Shown here piece by piece: positions 1 to 9,375 of a stretch of 64,000 nt of DNA. The first letter of the stretch is position 1. Every line of letters begins with the position of its first letter. The notes below the pieces were generated by a model. It was not told the origin of the DNA and made no database searches. It saw nothing but the letters and a program-made list of their open reading frames with translations. This DNA is from Gammaproteobacteria bacterium (GTDB lineage Bacteria; Pseudomonadota; Gammaproteobacteria; Eutrophobiales; Eutrophobiaceae): positions 2,016,001 through 2,080,000 of the forward strand of contig CBDCDS010000003.1 in NCBI GenBank assembly GCA_965215365.1, read 5' to 3'. The position numbers were made by a program, and so were the translations under genes.

Positions 1-420
1 TTGCGCCTGTTCGGGTAAAACTTTCAGGCCCGAGTTGTGCCAGGTTGAAATAATCTTTTTTGCCCGTTCTGCAAGCAGCCCGGCATGGTTTATGAGCCCG
101 TCAGGATCAACAGTCCAATCCGTTTTAACAGAACTGGCGAAAGAGGCGAACGGATTCGCTTCAACTCCCATGCTGGTGATGCCAAGGCGCTTGGCCTCAA
201 CCAACGTTGTGCCTGTGCCACAGAAAGGGTCGAGCAGGACATCCTGTTCATTCAATCCAAACCTGTCGATATAGTCACGAACAAGATGGGCGGGAAAGGA
301 TAAAACAAACCGATACCAGTCGTGAAAACGCCTGTCATTAAAATCCAGTTTATTGATACTGCCATTGCTCCTCGGCGGTACTGTTACAGCCGCGTCCTCA
401 GAGAATAAAACTGTTTGCAA
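1..420 (-). CDS. DNA methyltransferase (N4-C/N6-A type), 5' part; runs off the window
   Basis: Manual translation from TTG at 420 (GGAG upstream): ...RFHDWYRFVLSFPAHLV...VLLDPFCGTGTTLVEAKRLG...GVEANPFA. This is SAM-binding motif I (DPFxGxGTT). Absent from the ORF track. Confidence 0.8.
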   Translation of the reverse strand, partial: MQTVLFSEDAAVTVPPRSNGSINKLDFNDRRFHDWYRFVLSFPAHLVRDYIDRFGLNEQDVLLDPFCGTGTTLVEAKRLGITSMGVEANPFASFASSVKTDWTVDPDGLINHAGLLAERAKKIISTWHNSGLKVLPEQAQ

Positions 421-502
421 AGCACACTCCGTTTCGCCTGATATTGAGAAGGTAACTCTACCAATTTGCTTTCTCCTATTCCAGTATTTTCAGGCTTTCT
501 GT

Positions 503-2248
503 TCAGGCTTTCTCGCTGTTATCATACAACCTGGCATAAACCCCCCGCTGCGCTATGAGTTCCGGGTGCGTGCCGGCTTCGACCAGTCTGCCGTTGTCCA
601 GGACGACGATGTGGTCGGCCTGTTCCACTGCGCTCAGGCGGTGGGCGATGACGATGATGGTGCGGTTGGGCCGGATGGACGCCAGCGCTTGTTGGATGCT
701 GCGTTCTGATTGCGGGTCTAGCGCCGCGGTGGCTTCGTCCAGGATCAGGATGGGGGCATCCTTGAGCAAAGCCCGCGCCAGGGCGAGGCGTTGGCGTTGT
801 CCGCCCGACAGGCGCGCGCCGTCGTGGCCGATGACGGTATCGAAGCCGTGTTCCAGCGCCTCGATAAAAGCCAGGGCGTCGGCGCGCCGCGCGGCGTCCC
901 GCACCAGCTGCGGGGTCGCGTCCCGGTTGCAACCGTAGGCGATGTTATTGAACACCGTGTCGTTGAACAGCGCCACCTGCTGGCTGACCAAGGCGATATT
1001 CGCCCGCAGCGCAGCCAGGGGCAGGTCGCGCACATCGTGCCCGTCCACCCGGAGCTCGCCGTTACTCATGTCATAAAAGCGGGCAATCAGATCTACCAGC
1101 GAGCTCTTGCCGCCGCCCGAGGGGCCGACGATGGCAAGCGTCTGCCCCGGCAGGGCGGTCAGCGATAGGTCTTGCAACACCGCCCCATGCTCCGGGTTAT
1201 AAGCAAAATCCAGGTTACGTATCTCAACCTTGCCGCCAAGCCTGGCCACGGCCAGCGTTCCTGTGTCTGCTTCTGTCTCCTGGTCGATGCAGGCGAATAC
1301 GCTCTCGCACGCGGTCAGGCCCTTTTGCAAATCCTCATTGATGCGCGCCAGCCGCCGCAGCGGACTTAACAGCATCAACAGGGCGGCGAAAAAGGAATTG
1401 AACTCGGCCACGGTAATGCTACCGGCGGCGGCGTGGTCAGCCGCAACATAGACAATAGCCGCTAACGCCAGCGCGGTGACGACGTTGATCGCCGGGGTGC
1501 CGACGGCGGCGGCGGCGATGAATTTCATGTTCATGCGCCGGTTGGCGTTGGCCGTATTGTGAAAACGCGCCTGCTCCTGCTGCTGGCCGGCAAAAATCCG
1601 GATCACCCGGCGCGCGGCAATGGCTTCATTGAGAACCTGATGCAGGTCGGCCATGGTCTCTTGCACCCGCCGGCTGAGACGGCGCAGGCGCCGGCGCAAT
1701 ACCAACAACACGGCCAGGATGAGCGGCCCTGCCAGCAGCGCAACTAGGGTCAGCAACCAATCGATATACGCCATCCAGGCCACCAGCCCGATAATGCTCA
1801 GGGTATCGCGCCCTAAGGTAGTGACGACATTGGTGGCTGCGTCCTTAAGCCGGGTTACGTCAAAGGTGAACCGGGACACCAGGCTGCCGGCGCTATGGCG
1901 GTCCAGGATGCCGCAAGGAACCCTCAGCAGACGCTCGAACATCTGTACCCGCAAGTCCATGACCAGCCGTTCCGCCACCCAGGCCAGCGCGTAACGGCTG
2001 CTGTATGAGGCCAGCGCGGCGGTCAGGAACACCAGCAACACAGGCAGCGCCACACCGGTCAGCAGATCAACCTCGGCGTAGCGGAAAATCCCTTCGGTCA
2101 GGTTCTTGAACAACGCGGCAATGGCCGGACTGGTCAGCGCCAGCACGACCATGGCCAGCACCGCGCCAAGAAAAATCCGCAAATAGGGCTTCACATAAGC
2201 TAACAGGCGCAAGTAAAGTGCGAAATCGGTGGGTTGCTGTGGCTGCAT
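503..2248 (-). CDS. msbA: MsbA-like lipid A/ABC exporter (fused TMD+NBD)
   Basis: 581 aa with a hydrophobic N-half, Walker A GPSGGGKS, LSGGQRQR and ILILDEAT. No lpxK follows, so it may be a paralog. Confidence 0.75.
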   Translation of the reverse strand: MQPQQPTDFALYLRLLAYVKPYLRIFLGAVLAMVVLALTSPAIAALFKNLTEGIFRYAEVDLLTGVALPVLLVFLTAALASYSSRYALAWVAERLVMDLRVQMFERLLRVPCGILDRHSAGSLVSRFTFDVTRLKDAATNVVTTLGRDTLSIIGLVAWMAYIDWLLTLVALLAGPLILAVLLVLRRRLRRLSRRVQETMADLHQVLNEAIAARRVIRIFAGQQQEQARFHNTANANRRMNMKFIAAAAVGTPAINVVTALALAAIVYVAADHAAAGSITVAEFNSFFAALLMLLSPLRRLARINEDLQKGLTACESVFACIDQETEADTGTLAVARLGGKVEIRNLDFAYNPEHGAVLQDLSLTALPGQTLAIVGPSGGGKSSLVDLIARFYDMSNGELRVDGHDVRDLPLAALRANIALVSQQVALFNDTVFNNIAYGCNRDATPQLVRDAARRADALAFIEALEHGFDTVIGHDGARLSGGQRQRLALARALLKDAPILILDEATAALDPQSERSIQQALASIRPNRTIIVIAHRLSAVEQADHIVVLDNGRLVEAGTHPELIAQRGVYARLYDNSEKA

Positions 2249-2409
2249 GATGGCAAAATGTAACAGATTCGGTTCCGACCGTCATGCCTGTGCAAGCAGG
2301 AAGTCAGTGAGAAAACCGTCCTGAAAGGATACCCGTTGAGGTAAACTTAACCTAGAAGGGTACACAGTATCACCCTGTCGGCGCTCGCAACCAATCCATA
2401 AGGGGAGCC

Positions 2410-3285
2410 ATGTCAACAAAATATCCGATTATCGCAGTTACGGGCTCTTCCGGGGCTGGCACCACCAATATCAGGGAGGCCTTCGAGAAGATCTTCAACC
2501 GCCAGGGCATCAAGGCGGCGGTCATAGAAGGCGACAGCTACCACCGTTATAACCGCCGGGAAATGGAACAGCTGGGCCGACAGGCGGCGCGGGAGGGCAA
2601 GCGCCTGACCCATTTCGGGCCGGAAGGCAACCTGCTCGGGGAACTCGAAGCCGGGTTCAGGGAGTACGCCGAACGCGGCACTGGCGAACAACGCTATTAT
2701 ATCCATAACGAGGCGGACGCGGCGCGCCACGGCGGCGCGCCGGGCACGCTGACGCCCTGGAAACCCCTACCGGATAATACCGATTTAATGCTGTATGAGG
2801 GGCTGCACGGCGGGCTGATCACGGACGAGGTGAATATCGCCCAACATGTGGATGTGCTGATCGGCATCACGCCCATCATCAATCTGGAGTGGATCCAGAA
2901 GATCCAGCGCGACAAGACCGTGCGCGGCTACAGCAGTGAAGATGCCACCGACATGATCCTGCAACGCATGTACGATTACGTCCACTACATCACGCCGCAA
3001 TTCTCCCGCACCGACATCAACCTGCAACGGGTGCCCACCGTCGATACCGCCAACCCGTTCGGCGCCGTGCACATCCCTTCCAGCGACGAGAGCTATACCG
3101 TCATCCATGTGCGCAACCGGGAAAAACTGGCGGTCGATTTCCTCTACCTGCTGGATATGCTGCACGGTTCGTTCATGTCCACCCCTTACACCATCGTCAT
3201 CCCCGCCGGTAAAACCAACTTCGCTATACAGTTACTTATTGAACCGTTGATCAAGCGAATTATGGCGGCGAGGGGGCAGGAATGA
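2410..3285 (+). CDS. prkB: phosphoribulokinase (proteobacterial type)
   Basis: MSTKYPIIAVTGSSGAGTT, EGDSYHRY, YEGLHGG, NLEWIQKIQRD, YITPQFSRTDINLQRVPTVDT. Confidence 0.9.
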   Translation: MSTKYPIIAVTGSSGAGTTNIREAFEKIFNRQGIKAAVIEGDSYHRYNRREMEQLGRQAAREGKRLTHFGPEGNLLGELEAGFREYAERGTGEQRYYIHNEADAARHGGAPGTLTPWKPLPDNTDLMLYEGLHGGLITDEVNIAQHVDVLIGITPIINLEWIQKIQRDKTVRGYSSEDATDMILQRMYDYVHYITPQFSRTDINLQRVPTVDTANPFGAVHIPSSDESYTVIHVRNREKLAVDFLYLLDMLHGSFMSTPYTIVIPAGKTNFAIQLLIEPLIKRIMAARGQE

Positions 3286-3309
3286 CGAGCGAGAGATTTT
3301 TCAGCTAAG

Positions 3310-4512
3310 TCACGGAGAAATACGGGCCGGCAGTGCGTTGGTTTCCTCACTCACAGCAGTGGCCAGACGCAGCCCCTGTTGATAACAGGTCTGGGCCGCG
3401 GCGTGGTCGCCTTGCTGTTCCAGCAGGGCTGCCAGTTCCCGGCAGGTGGTCGGCTCAGGTCTCAGGCGCACGCTTTGTTCGAGGTAGCGCACGGCCTTGC
3501 CCCAGAGCTCGTTGCTTATGCACAGGCGTCCTAGGGTCAGCAGCAGCGCCGCATTCTCGGGACGCGCGGACAGGCAGCGTTCGGCAAACTCCAGCTGTCC
3601 CTTGAGGTTGCGCCCGCGCACCTGTCCGAACAGGTTGATCAAGTCCTCATCCCACTGTCGTTTCAGCGCCCGCCTTAACATGGCTTCACAACCCCGGTCG
3701 TCCCCGTGCCGCAAGCGCGCCTGCACATAAGCGCCAACCAGTGCGTTGTTCTTTTTCAGCTTGTTCGGGATTGCACGCCAGACGGTTTCTAGGGCGGCTG
3801 GTTCGGGCTCGGCCGCGGCGCGGCGCAGTAACTCAAGATAGGAAGTAAGCTGTTGCCCCGGCGCCGCGCGGCGCCGGTTGCATTGCTGTATCAGCCCGGC
3901 GGCGCGCGTCCAGTCCTTTAGCGCGGTGGCCGTTTCCAACAACATCAAGGTGACTTGTTCATGCTTGCCATCGAGGGTGCGCAGGATGTCATCGGCCTGG
4001 TCTGCTTGCTCCCGGTCGATTTGCAGTCGGGCTTGCGTCAGCCCCAGCGCCGGGCTGTTGCTGTCGTCGTGCTGACGTGCCAGCACCAGATAGTGGTCAC
4101 AGCGTTCGGTATCGCCCTGCCGGTAGGCAGCCTGCGCGGCGCCCAGGTAATTCACCAGTGGCGCGCGCGCCAGGGACGCGCCCTTGCTGAAAGACTGCTC
4201 CGCATCGCGCCAATCTCCTTCCAGCATGGCCAGCATGCCTCGGTTGAGGAGTTGTTCACAACGACGCTGCCGCCTGACTTCAGACCAGCGCCGCAAGTCG
4301 GCGGGCGCGCGCAGCAGTTTGCCTAAGGTCCGCAACAACCCGTAGCCAAGCAGGAACGCCAGCCCGGCGATGACTACGAATACCACCATGCTGGTCTGCA
4401 ACATCCATTCACCGTAGCTGAATACCACCTCTCCCGCCGCTTGCTGTAACGTCCAGCCCAGCGCAACCGCGACCAACAGCAGCGCCAGCAGGGCAAACAG
4501 TACTCTCATCAC
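3310..4512 (-). CDS. hemY: HemY family membrane TPR protein
   Basis: Two N-terminal TM segments, LEGDWRDAE, TPR-like C-terminus; position after hemX. Confidence 0.85.
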   Translation of the reverse strand: MMRVLFALLALLLVAVALGWTLQQAAGEVVFSYGEWMLQTSMVVFVVIAGLAFLLGYGLLRTLGKLLRAPADLRRWSEVRRQRRCEQLLNRGMLAMLEGDWRDAEQSFSKGASLARAPLVNYLGAAQAAYRQGDTERCDHYLVLARQHDDSNSPALGLTQARLQIDREQADQADDILRTLDGKHEQVTLMLLETATALKDWTRAAGLIQQCNRRRAAPGQQLTSYLELLRRAAAEPEPAALETVWRAIPNKLKKNNALVGAYVQARLRHGDDRGCEAMLRRALKRQWDEDLINLFGQVRGRNLKGQLEFAERCLSARPENAALLLTLGRLCISNELWGKAVRYLEQSVRLRPEPTTCRELAALLEQQGDHAAAQTCYQQGLRLATAVSEETNALPARISP

Positions 4513-5666
4513 GGTGCCCCTCGGTAGCTCTGGCTTCCATCCTGCCGCAGCAGGTATTCATCAAAAGCGCTTATAGTCGCGTCGACAGACGGGAGCGGAT
4601 GGCTCAGCTTTAGTGCGGCGGCGCCTTGCAGGATTTTCAGCGCGTTGCGTACGCCGGCGTCATCCGGGTCGAAAAACTCCCGCAACCAGTCCGTGCTGGC
4701 CTGGATGGACGCCCGATACTGGTCTTCGTCCCGGGCCAGCAACGCAACACGCGCCGCCTCCAGTTGCAGTTGCAGGTTGCGGTGCAGGAAAAACTGTTCC
4801 GATGGCGCCAGCAGTGCGGCCGTTTGTGCGCGGTTACGGGTGACCACAACCAGAGATTTCAATTCCTGCCAGATGTTGCCGAGCAGCTGTTGCCGGCGCG
4901 GTGGCTGTTCGGTCTGTGCCCGGGTCGGCGCCGGGGTCGTCTCGGCGCCGACCCGGAGCGGCAACTGGCGCACACGCGCGGCCAAATCAGCCAGCGCCAA
5001 TGCCGTGCCGGAAAAATCTGTACGCGGGTGCGCCTGCAAGTTATGGAGGTCGCGGAGCAAGCGCTCGCGCACCGGAATCAGCGCCGAGTCAGGGATTTCC
5101 CTGAGCCGGGTATCGACGGCGTGCAGCGCGGCCAAGGCGGTGTCCATATCGCCGGCCAGCGCCAGACGCTGGGATGCAACCCGCAGCAGGTGCTGAATCT
5201 CTTCGAGTTGCCAGCCTGAAGCGTGGCTGAGCTGGCGCCGCAACCGGCCCAGGTGTTGCTGCAGCGCGCGCAGTTGCTCAGCAGCCCGGTCCTGCCGGCC
5301 TGCAAGTTGACTCAGGCTCTCCCCCAGCAAGGCCTGACTTTGTTGCAGCGAGTCCAGCTTGTGCGCTATGGCTTTCTGTTCGGCCCGGTCGGCTTGCTGG
5401 CTTTGACGGAGGTCATGGATAAAGTACCCGCCGGCGCCGATAGCGGCGCTGGTCAGGCTCACCCAAAACAGGGTGGCAAGCCAGGGTTTGCCCGGTTTCC
5501 GATCCGGCGCCTCGCCGGGGCTATCCGCAGTGCCGGACTCAGCGTGGGTGTCAGCTGCAGCCGTGCCGTCAGCCGGCGTCAGCTCCGTAGCCGCCACATC
5601 TTCATCAGCGCGCCCGGCTGGTTCGGGAACCTGTTCCGCTGCTGTTGCGTCAGCCTTATTGTTCAC
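4509..5666 (-). CDS. hemX: HemX family protein
   Basis: Single TM plus coiled coil, WQLEEIQHLLRVASQRLAL, LLAPSEQFFLHRNLQLQLE; hemCDXY order. Confidence 0.85.
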   Translation of the reverse strand: MNNKADATAAEQVPEPAGRADEDVAATELTPADGTAAADTHAESGTADSPGEAPDRKPGKPWLATLFWVSLTSAAIGAGGYFIHDLRQSQQADRAEQKAIAHKLDSLQQSQALLGESLSQLAGRQDRAAEQLRALQQHLGRLRRQLSHASGWQLEEIQHLLRVASQRLALAGDMDTALAALHAVDTRLREIPDSALIPVRERLLRDLHNLQAHPRTDFSGTALALADLAARVRQLPLRVGAETTPAPTRAQTEQPPRRQQLLGNIWQELKSLVVVTRNRAQTAALLAPSEQFFLHRNLQLQLEAARVALLARDEDQYRASIQASTDWLREFFDPDDAGVRNALKILQGAAALKLSHPLPSVDATISAFDEYLLRQDGSQSYRGAP

Positions 5667-5670
5667 TTTA

Positions 5671-6465
5671 TTACGTTCTCACTAAATCGAGTAAAGCATC
5701 AACCAGTCCGGCATCGGTGTTGTCGGTGGCGACTGCGATACGCCCGAATCCGGATTGTATTGCCTGTTGGCATATACGCTCGCTCATTACCACCAGTCCA
5801 GTTTCCAGCAGGCGTTCGCTTTGTTCGTCCGGCGTCAGTTTCACCAGATTGTCCAGCCCGGCCAGACTGGTGATGATGACGACATCCGGTCTTTGATCAT
5901 GCCAGAATTTGTTCATGTCTGCTTGGCTTATGGTGGGTTTTTCGCGCCGATAGACTTCCAGGTAACTGACCTCGGCGCCGCGCGCAAGCAGGGTTGCGCG
6001 CAAGGTTTCGCGACCGCCCTGCCCGCGCACGATAACAACCCGCTGGCCGCGGACCTGCTGCTCGTTGAGGACCGGCAACCGCAACAGCGCATCGCTGCCG
6101 CCACTGTCGATCGGCCCGACCTGCGCAACCCCTAACCCGGACAGGCCCAACTCCGATAGACAACGAGCCGTGGCCTGTCCCACTGCAAGCGCCGTTTTGC
6201 CGCGTAGCATATCGACCAGATTCGGAAACAGGTCACAAGCGTGCACGACGGCATTTTTACTGATAAAAATGATAATGCCGGCGCGCGCCAGCCGTTGCCG
6301 GTTATCAGCGGAGCAAACATCTGCGGACACGGGACGAATGACCAGGGTCGGCAACAACACGGGGACGCCTTGGCGCTGCGCTATCATCCGGCAGAGTTCG
6401 CCTGCCTGTTGCGCCGGACGGGTTACCCAGATCGTTTTGCCCGACAGTTTTGTCGCGGTAGCCAT
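5671..6465 (-). CDS. hemD: uroporphyrinogen-III synthase
   Basis: IWVTRP, IFISKNAV, AVGQATA, RGQGGRETL, EVYRR. Confidence 0.9.
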   Translation of the reverse strand: MATATKLSGKTIWVTRPAQQAGELCRMIAQRQGVPVLLPTLVIRPVSADVCSADNRQRLARAGIIIFISKNAVVHACDLFPNLVDMLRGKTALAVGQATARCLSELGLSGLGVAQVGPIDSGGSDALLRLPVLNEQQVRGQRVVIVRGQGGRETLRATLLARGAEVSYLEVYRREKPTISQADMNKFWHDQRPDVVIITSLAGLDNLVKLTPDEQSERLLETGLVVMSERICQQAIQSGFGRIAVATDNTDAGLVDALLDLVRT

Positions 6466-6512
6466 TAGCTTGCCTTGTCACTGTTGCCTGTCATTTGTGC
6501 TCAGCTCCTGAG

Positions 6513-6590
6513 TCCGTCACCCAAGACCATCATCCGGAACCATCATCTGAACCCATTACCTGAGCCCATCATCTGAGCCCATCACCTGGG
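6513..6590. repeat. six degenerate 13-bp tandem units (consensus CCCATCATCTGAG) across the hemC stop
   Basis: tccgtcacccaag/accatcatccgga/accatcatctgaa/cccattacctgag/cccatcatctgag/cccatcacctggg. Confidence 0.7.
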
Positions 6591-7500
6591 CCAGTATCTC
6601 CCCTGCGCCCTGCGCCAGCAATTTAGCGGCCAGTTCACAGCCGAGCTGCTCGGCGTCATGGGCAGCTCCGCTGATACCGTCCCGCACTACCCTGGAACCG
6701 TCCACAGAACCCACCAGCGCGCTAACGGACATGCGCGCCCCGGACAGCTGCGCATACCCGGCCAGCGGCAGGTGGCAGCCACCGTACAGCTGCCGGGATA
6801 AAGCTCGCTCTGCGGCGACGCACAGTCCGGTTGGCTTGTGGTTCAGGGGCGCCACCAGGCGTTCCACGCGCGCATCGTCGGCCCTGGTCTCAATGCCCAA
6901 CGCCCCCTGGCCGATTGCCGGCAGCATCTGGGTCACGTCCAGGTAGGCGCTGATCCGGTGTGCCTGTTCCAGTCGCTTCATCCCGGCTGCGGCCAGGATC
7001 AGCGCGTCAAAATTGCCGTCATCGAGCTTTTGCAACCTGCTGTTCACGTTGCCGCGAATATCCTGCAGCGACAGCGCTGGCTGCGCGGCCTGGAGTTGGC
7101 ACTGCCGGCGTAAACTGGAGGTGCCGACCCGGGCGCGCGCCGGCAACTCGTCTAGGCACGCATAACGGTTTGACACCAGCACGTCCCGCGGGTCTTCCCG
7201 CTCCATGATCGCGGCGATCTGCAAACCCGGCGGCAGGTCCACCGTTACGTCTTTCATCGAATGCACGGCCAGGTCCGCCTCGTCATGCAATAACGCCTGT
7301 TCCAGTTCCTTGACAAACACCCCTTTACCGCCCATTTCTATCAACGGTTTATCGACAAACCGATCGGCCAGCGTCGTTACCGTCCTGATCGCCACCGTCA
7401 GGCCCGGATGCGTCTGCAACAGACAAGCGCGCACGAATTGTGCCTGCCACAAGGCCAGCGGACTTGCTCTGGTGACGATACGGAGGCTTGCAGTAACCAT
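6556..7500 (-). CDS. hemC: hydroxymethylbilane synthase (porphobilinogen deaminase)
   Basis: TRASPLALWQA, GGKGVFVKELE, AVHSMKDV, GTSSLRR, RGNV. Start set at ATG 7500 because the longer ORF overlaps gshB. Confidence 0.95.
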   Translation of the reverse strand: MVTASLRIVTRASPLALWQAQFVRACLLQTHPGLTVAIRTVTTLADRFVDKPLIEMGGKGVFVKELEQALLHDEADLAVHSMKDVTVDLPPGLQIAAIMEREDPRDVLVSNRYACLDELPARARVGTSSLRRQCQLQAAQPALSLQDIRGNVNSRLQKLDDGNFDALILAAAGMKRLEQAHRISAYLDVTQMLPAIGQGALGIETRADDARVERLVAPLNHKPTGLCVAAERALSRQLYGGCHLPLAGYAQLSGARMSVSALVGSVDGSRVVRDGISGAAHDAEQLGCELAAKLLAQGAGEILAQVMGSDDGLR

Positions 7501-7548
7501 TATTGAGGATACACTAACAAAGTTTGTCCGAACTGACAGTACATTTTG

Positions 7549-8496
7549 ATGAAATTGGGCGTAATCATGGATCCCGTTGCCGGGATCAAGGTCGAGAAAG
7601 ATACCACCCTGGCGCTGCTGCTCGCGGCTCAGCGCCGGGGCTGGGAGCTTTACTATATGGAGATGAACGATGTTTACCTGCACGGCGACAGCCCCCGGGC
7701 CAGCGCCCGTATGCTGACCGTTACAGACGCTGCTGCCGACTGGTACCGGTTGCAGTCCCGGACGGAACTGGCGCTGACAGAACTGGACGTACTGCTGATG
7801 CGTAAAGACCCGCCGTTCGATATGGAATACGTCTATATGACTTATATCCTCGAACACGCCGCCGCGGCCGGCACGCTGGTTGTCAACGCGCCGCAGGCCT
7901 TGCGGGACGTGAACGAAAAAGCGTTTATCACGCGCTTCCCCCGGTGTATCGCGCCCACCTTGATCAGCCGCGACCCGGCGCAGTTACGCGCCTTCATCGC
8001 ACAGCACGGCAAGGTCGTGCTCAAACCCTTAGACGGCATGGGCGGCGCTTCGGTGTTCCTGGCGACCAACGGCGACCCCAATACCAGCGTCATCGTGGAA
8101 ACCCTGACCCGCCACGCCAGCCGCTTCATCATGGCGCAGCAATACCTAGCGGCCATCGAACAGGGCGACAAACGCATCCTGCTCATCGACGGCCAGCCAT
8201 ACCAACACGCCCTGGCGCGCATCCCCGCGCCGGGGGAGCTACGCGGCAATCTGGCCGCCGGCGGCGCCGGCAAGGGCGTAGATTTAACCGCTCGGGATCG
8301 CTGGCTCTGCGCGCAGGTAGGCCCGACACTGCGCACCCTAGGGCTGGTATTTGTGGGTCTGGACGTTATCGGCGACTACCTGACCGAGATCAACGTCACC
8401 AGCCCGACCTGTGTACGGGAATTAGAACGCATCTACGGCGATGACATTGCCGGGCAAGTTATGGACTGCATCGCCGCCAAGGCAGGAGCGGGATAA
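7549..8496 (+). CDS. gshB: glutathione synthetase
   Basis: MKLGVIMDP, KDTT, MRKDPPFD, KPLDGMGG, GDKRI, RGNLAAGG, EINVTSPT. Confidence 0.95.
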   Translation: MKLGVIMDPVAGIKVEKDTTLALLLAAQRRGWELYYMEMNDVYLHGDSPRASARMLTVTDAAADWYRLQSRTELALTELDVLLMRKDPPFDMEYVYMTYILEHAAAAGTLVVNAPQALRDVNEKAFITRFPRCIAPTLISRDPAQLRAFIAQHGKVVLKPLDGMGGASVFLATNGDPNTSVIVETLTRHASRFIMAQQYLAAIEQGDKRILLIDGQPYQHALARIPAPGELRGNLAAGGAGKGVDLTARDRWLCAQVGPTLRTLGLVFVGLDVIGDYLTEINVTSPTCVRELERIYGDDIAGQVMDCIAAKAGAG

Positions 8497-8501
8497 TGTC
8501 A

Positions 8502-8528
8502 GGCCACCTCTAAAAATTAGAGGTGGCA
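8502..8528. repeat. minimal (ends-only) copy of the GGYYACCTCT MITE family; hairpin
   Basis: GGCCACCTCTAAAAATTAGAGGTGGC, identical to the left end of 58693-58848. Confidence 0.7.
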
Positions 8529-8621
8529 TCAGATCTTTTCTTCCGGTTCGTGCCGGTGCGGGGCCAGGACGTGAAAACGCCGAATGAACCGGCAACCCGT
8601 CATCCTGTCAATGACTGACCC

Positions 8622-9167
8622 TCAGCACTTGGTAATGCCTTCAGGGCAGGTACTCGGATCGCGGTGCGTAATGAAGCAAGAGCGTAGAAAAGGTTTGGAA
8701 AGGCCGTAACCCGGATCAGGGCTGTAAATCACAAACGTATAATGATGGTCCGGTTGGAGGCCGGTGAACGTATACCAATTGGTGAGTACTGTGTCATCTG
8801 CCTCTTGCACCGTACCTAGTTTCCTTACCATAGGTGTTGATTCTGGCAAACGAGAATCATTCGGCACTACGGCCACATTTACGGTGCCAGAGAAACCAGG
8901 CTGGTGGAAGTCAATCACCGAGACCCTCGCAAAGTTGTGTGTCTTTCTTATAGCTTTAAGACACATTGAGTCGAGTGTATATCCACTGCAGCGTGGATAT
9001 ACTTGAGTGTCGCCCGATGTGGTCACTCCAGAAATTCTTGAGATGCACGCCCCCGGTCCAGCTAGCCTCGCTTCGGCGGGTGGGGCCATCGCCACCACCA
9101 GCGCCAGCGCTACGGCTATCGTGAGGAGGGGGGATTGTGTCTGTTGCTTCATTGTCTGTTGCTTCAT
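8622..9167 (-). CDS. secreted hypothetical protein with a fibronectin type III-like strand and 6 Cys
   Basis: Signal peptide ending PPAEA; WYTFTGLQPDHHYTFVIY resembles the FN3 E-F strand motif. The start region carries a 15-bp duplication (MKQQT twice). Confidence 0.6.
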   Translation of the reverse strand: MKQQTMKQQTQSPLLTIAVALALVVAMAPPAEARLAGPGACISRISGVTTSGDTQVYPRCSGYTLDSMCLKAIRKTHNFARVSVIDFHQPGFSGTVNVAVVPNDSRLPESTPMVRKLGTVQEADDTVLTNWYTFTGLQPDHHYTFVIYSPDPGYGLSKPFLRSCFITHRDPSTCPEGITKC

Positions 9168-9253
9168 TGTCTGTTTCTCTGGGTTCGGTTATGCCACAAT
9201 CTGTCTTAATCAGCCATTCCGGTTGCAGGCTTCGACAGACTGAATTATGAGTT

Positions 9254-9282
9254 ATTATACTTCAGGAATGGGTTATTGTCAA
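9254..9282 (-). promoter_or_regulatory. perfect sigma70 consensus promoter for the secreted protein
   Basis: Minus strand TTGACA-N17-TATAAT. Confidence 0.75.
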
Positions 9283-9375
9283 ATCAAAGTATCAAATGAA
9301 AGCGGATAAGATGAAAATCGACCGACAGGAGCTCACCATGGCGGCGCTTGTCGATGGTTATAGCGCCGGCAGGGA

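Noticed and set aside
7501-7857. N-terminal extensions of HemC (also AtpD to 20857, AtpC to 19197, FabD from 29735)
   Set aside because: They overlap other genes or repeats; conserved N-termini start at downstream ATGs.
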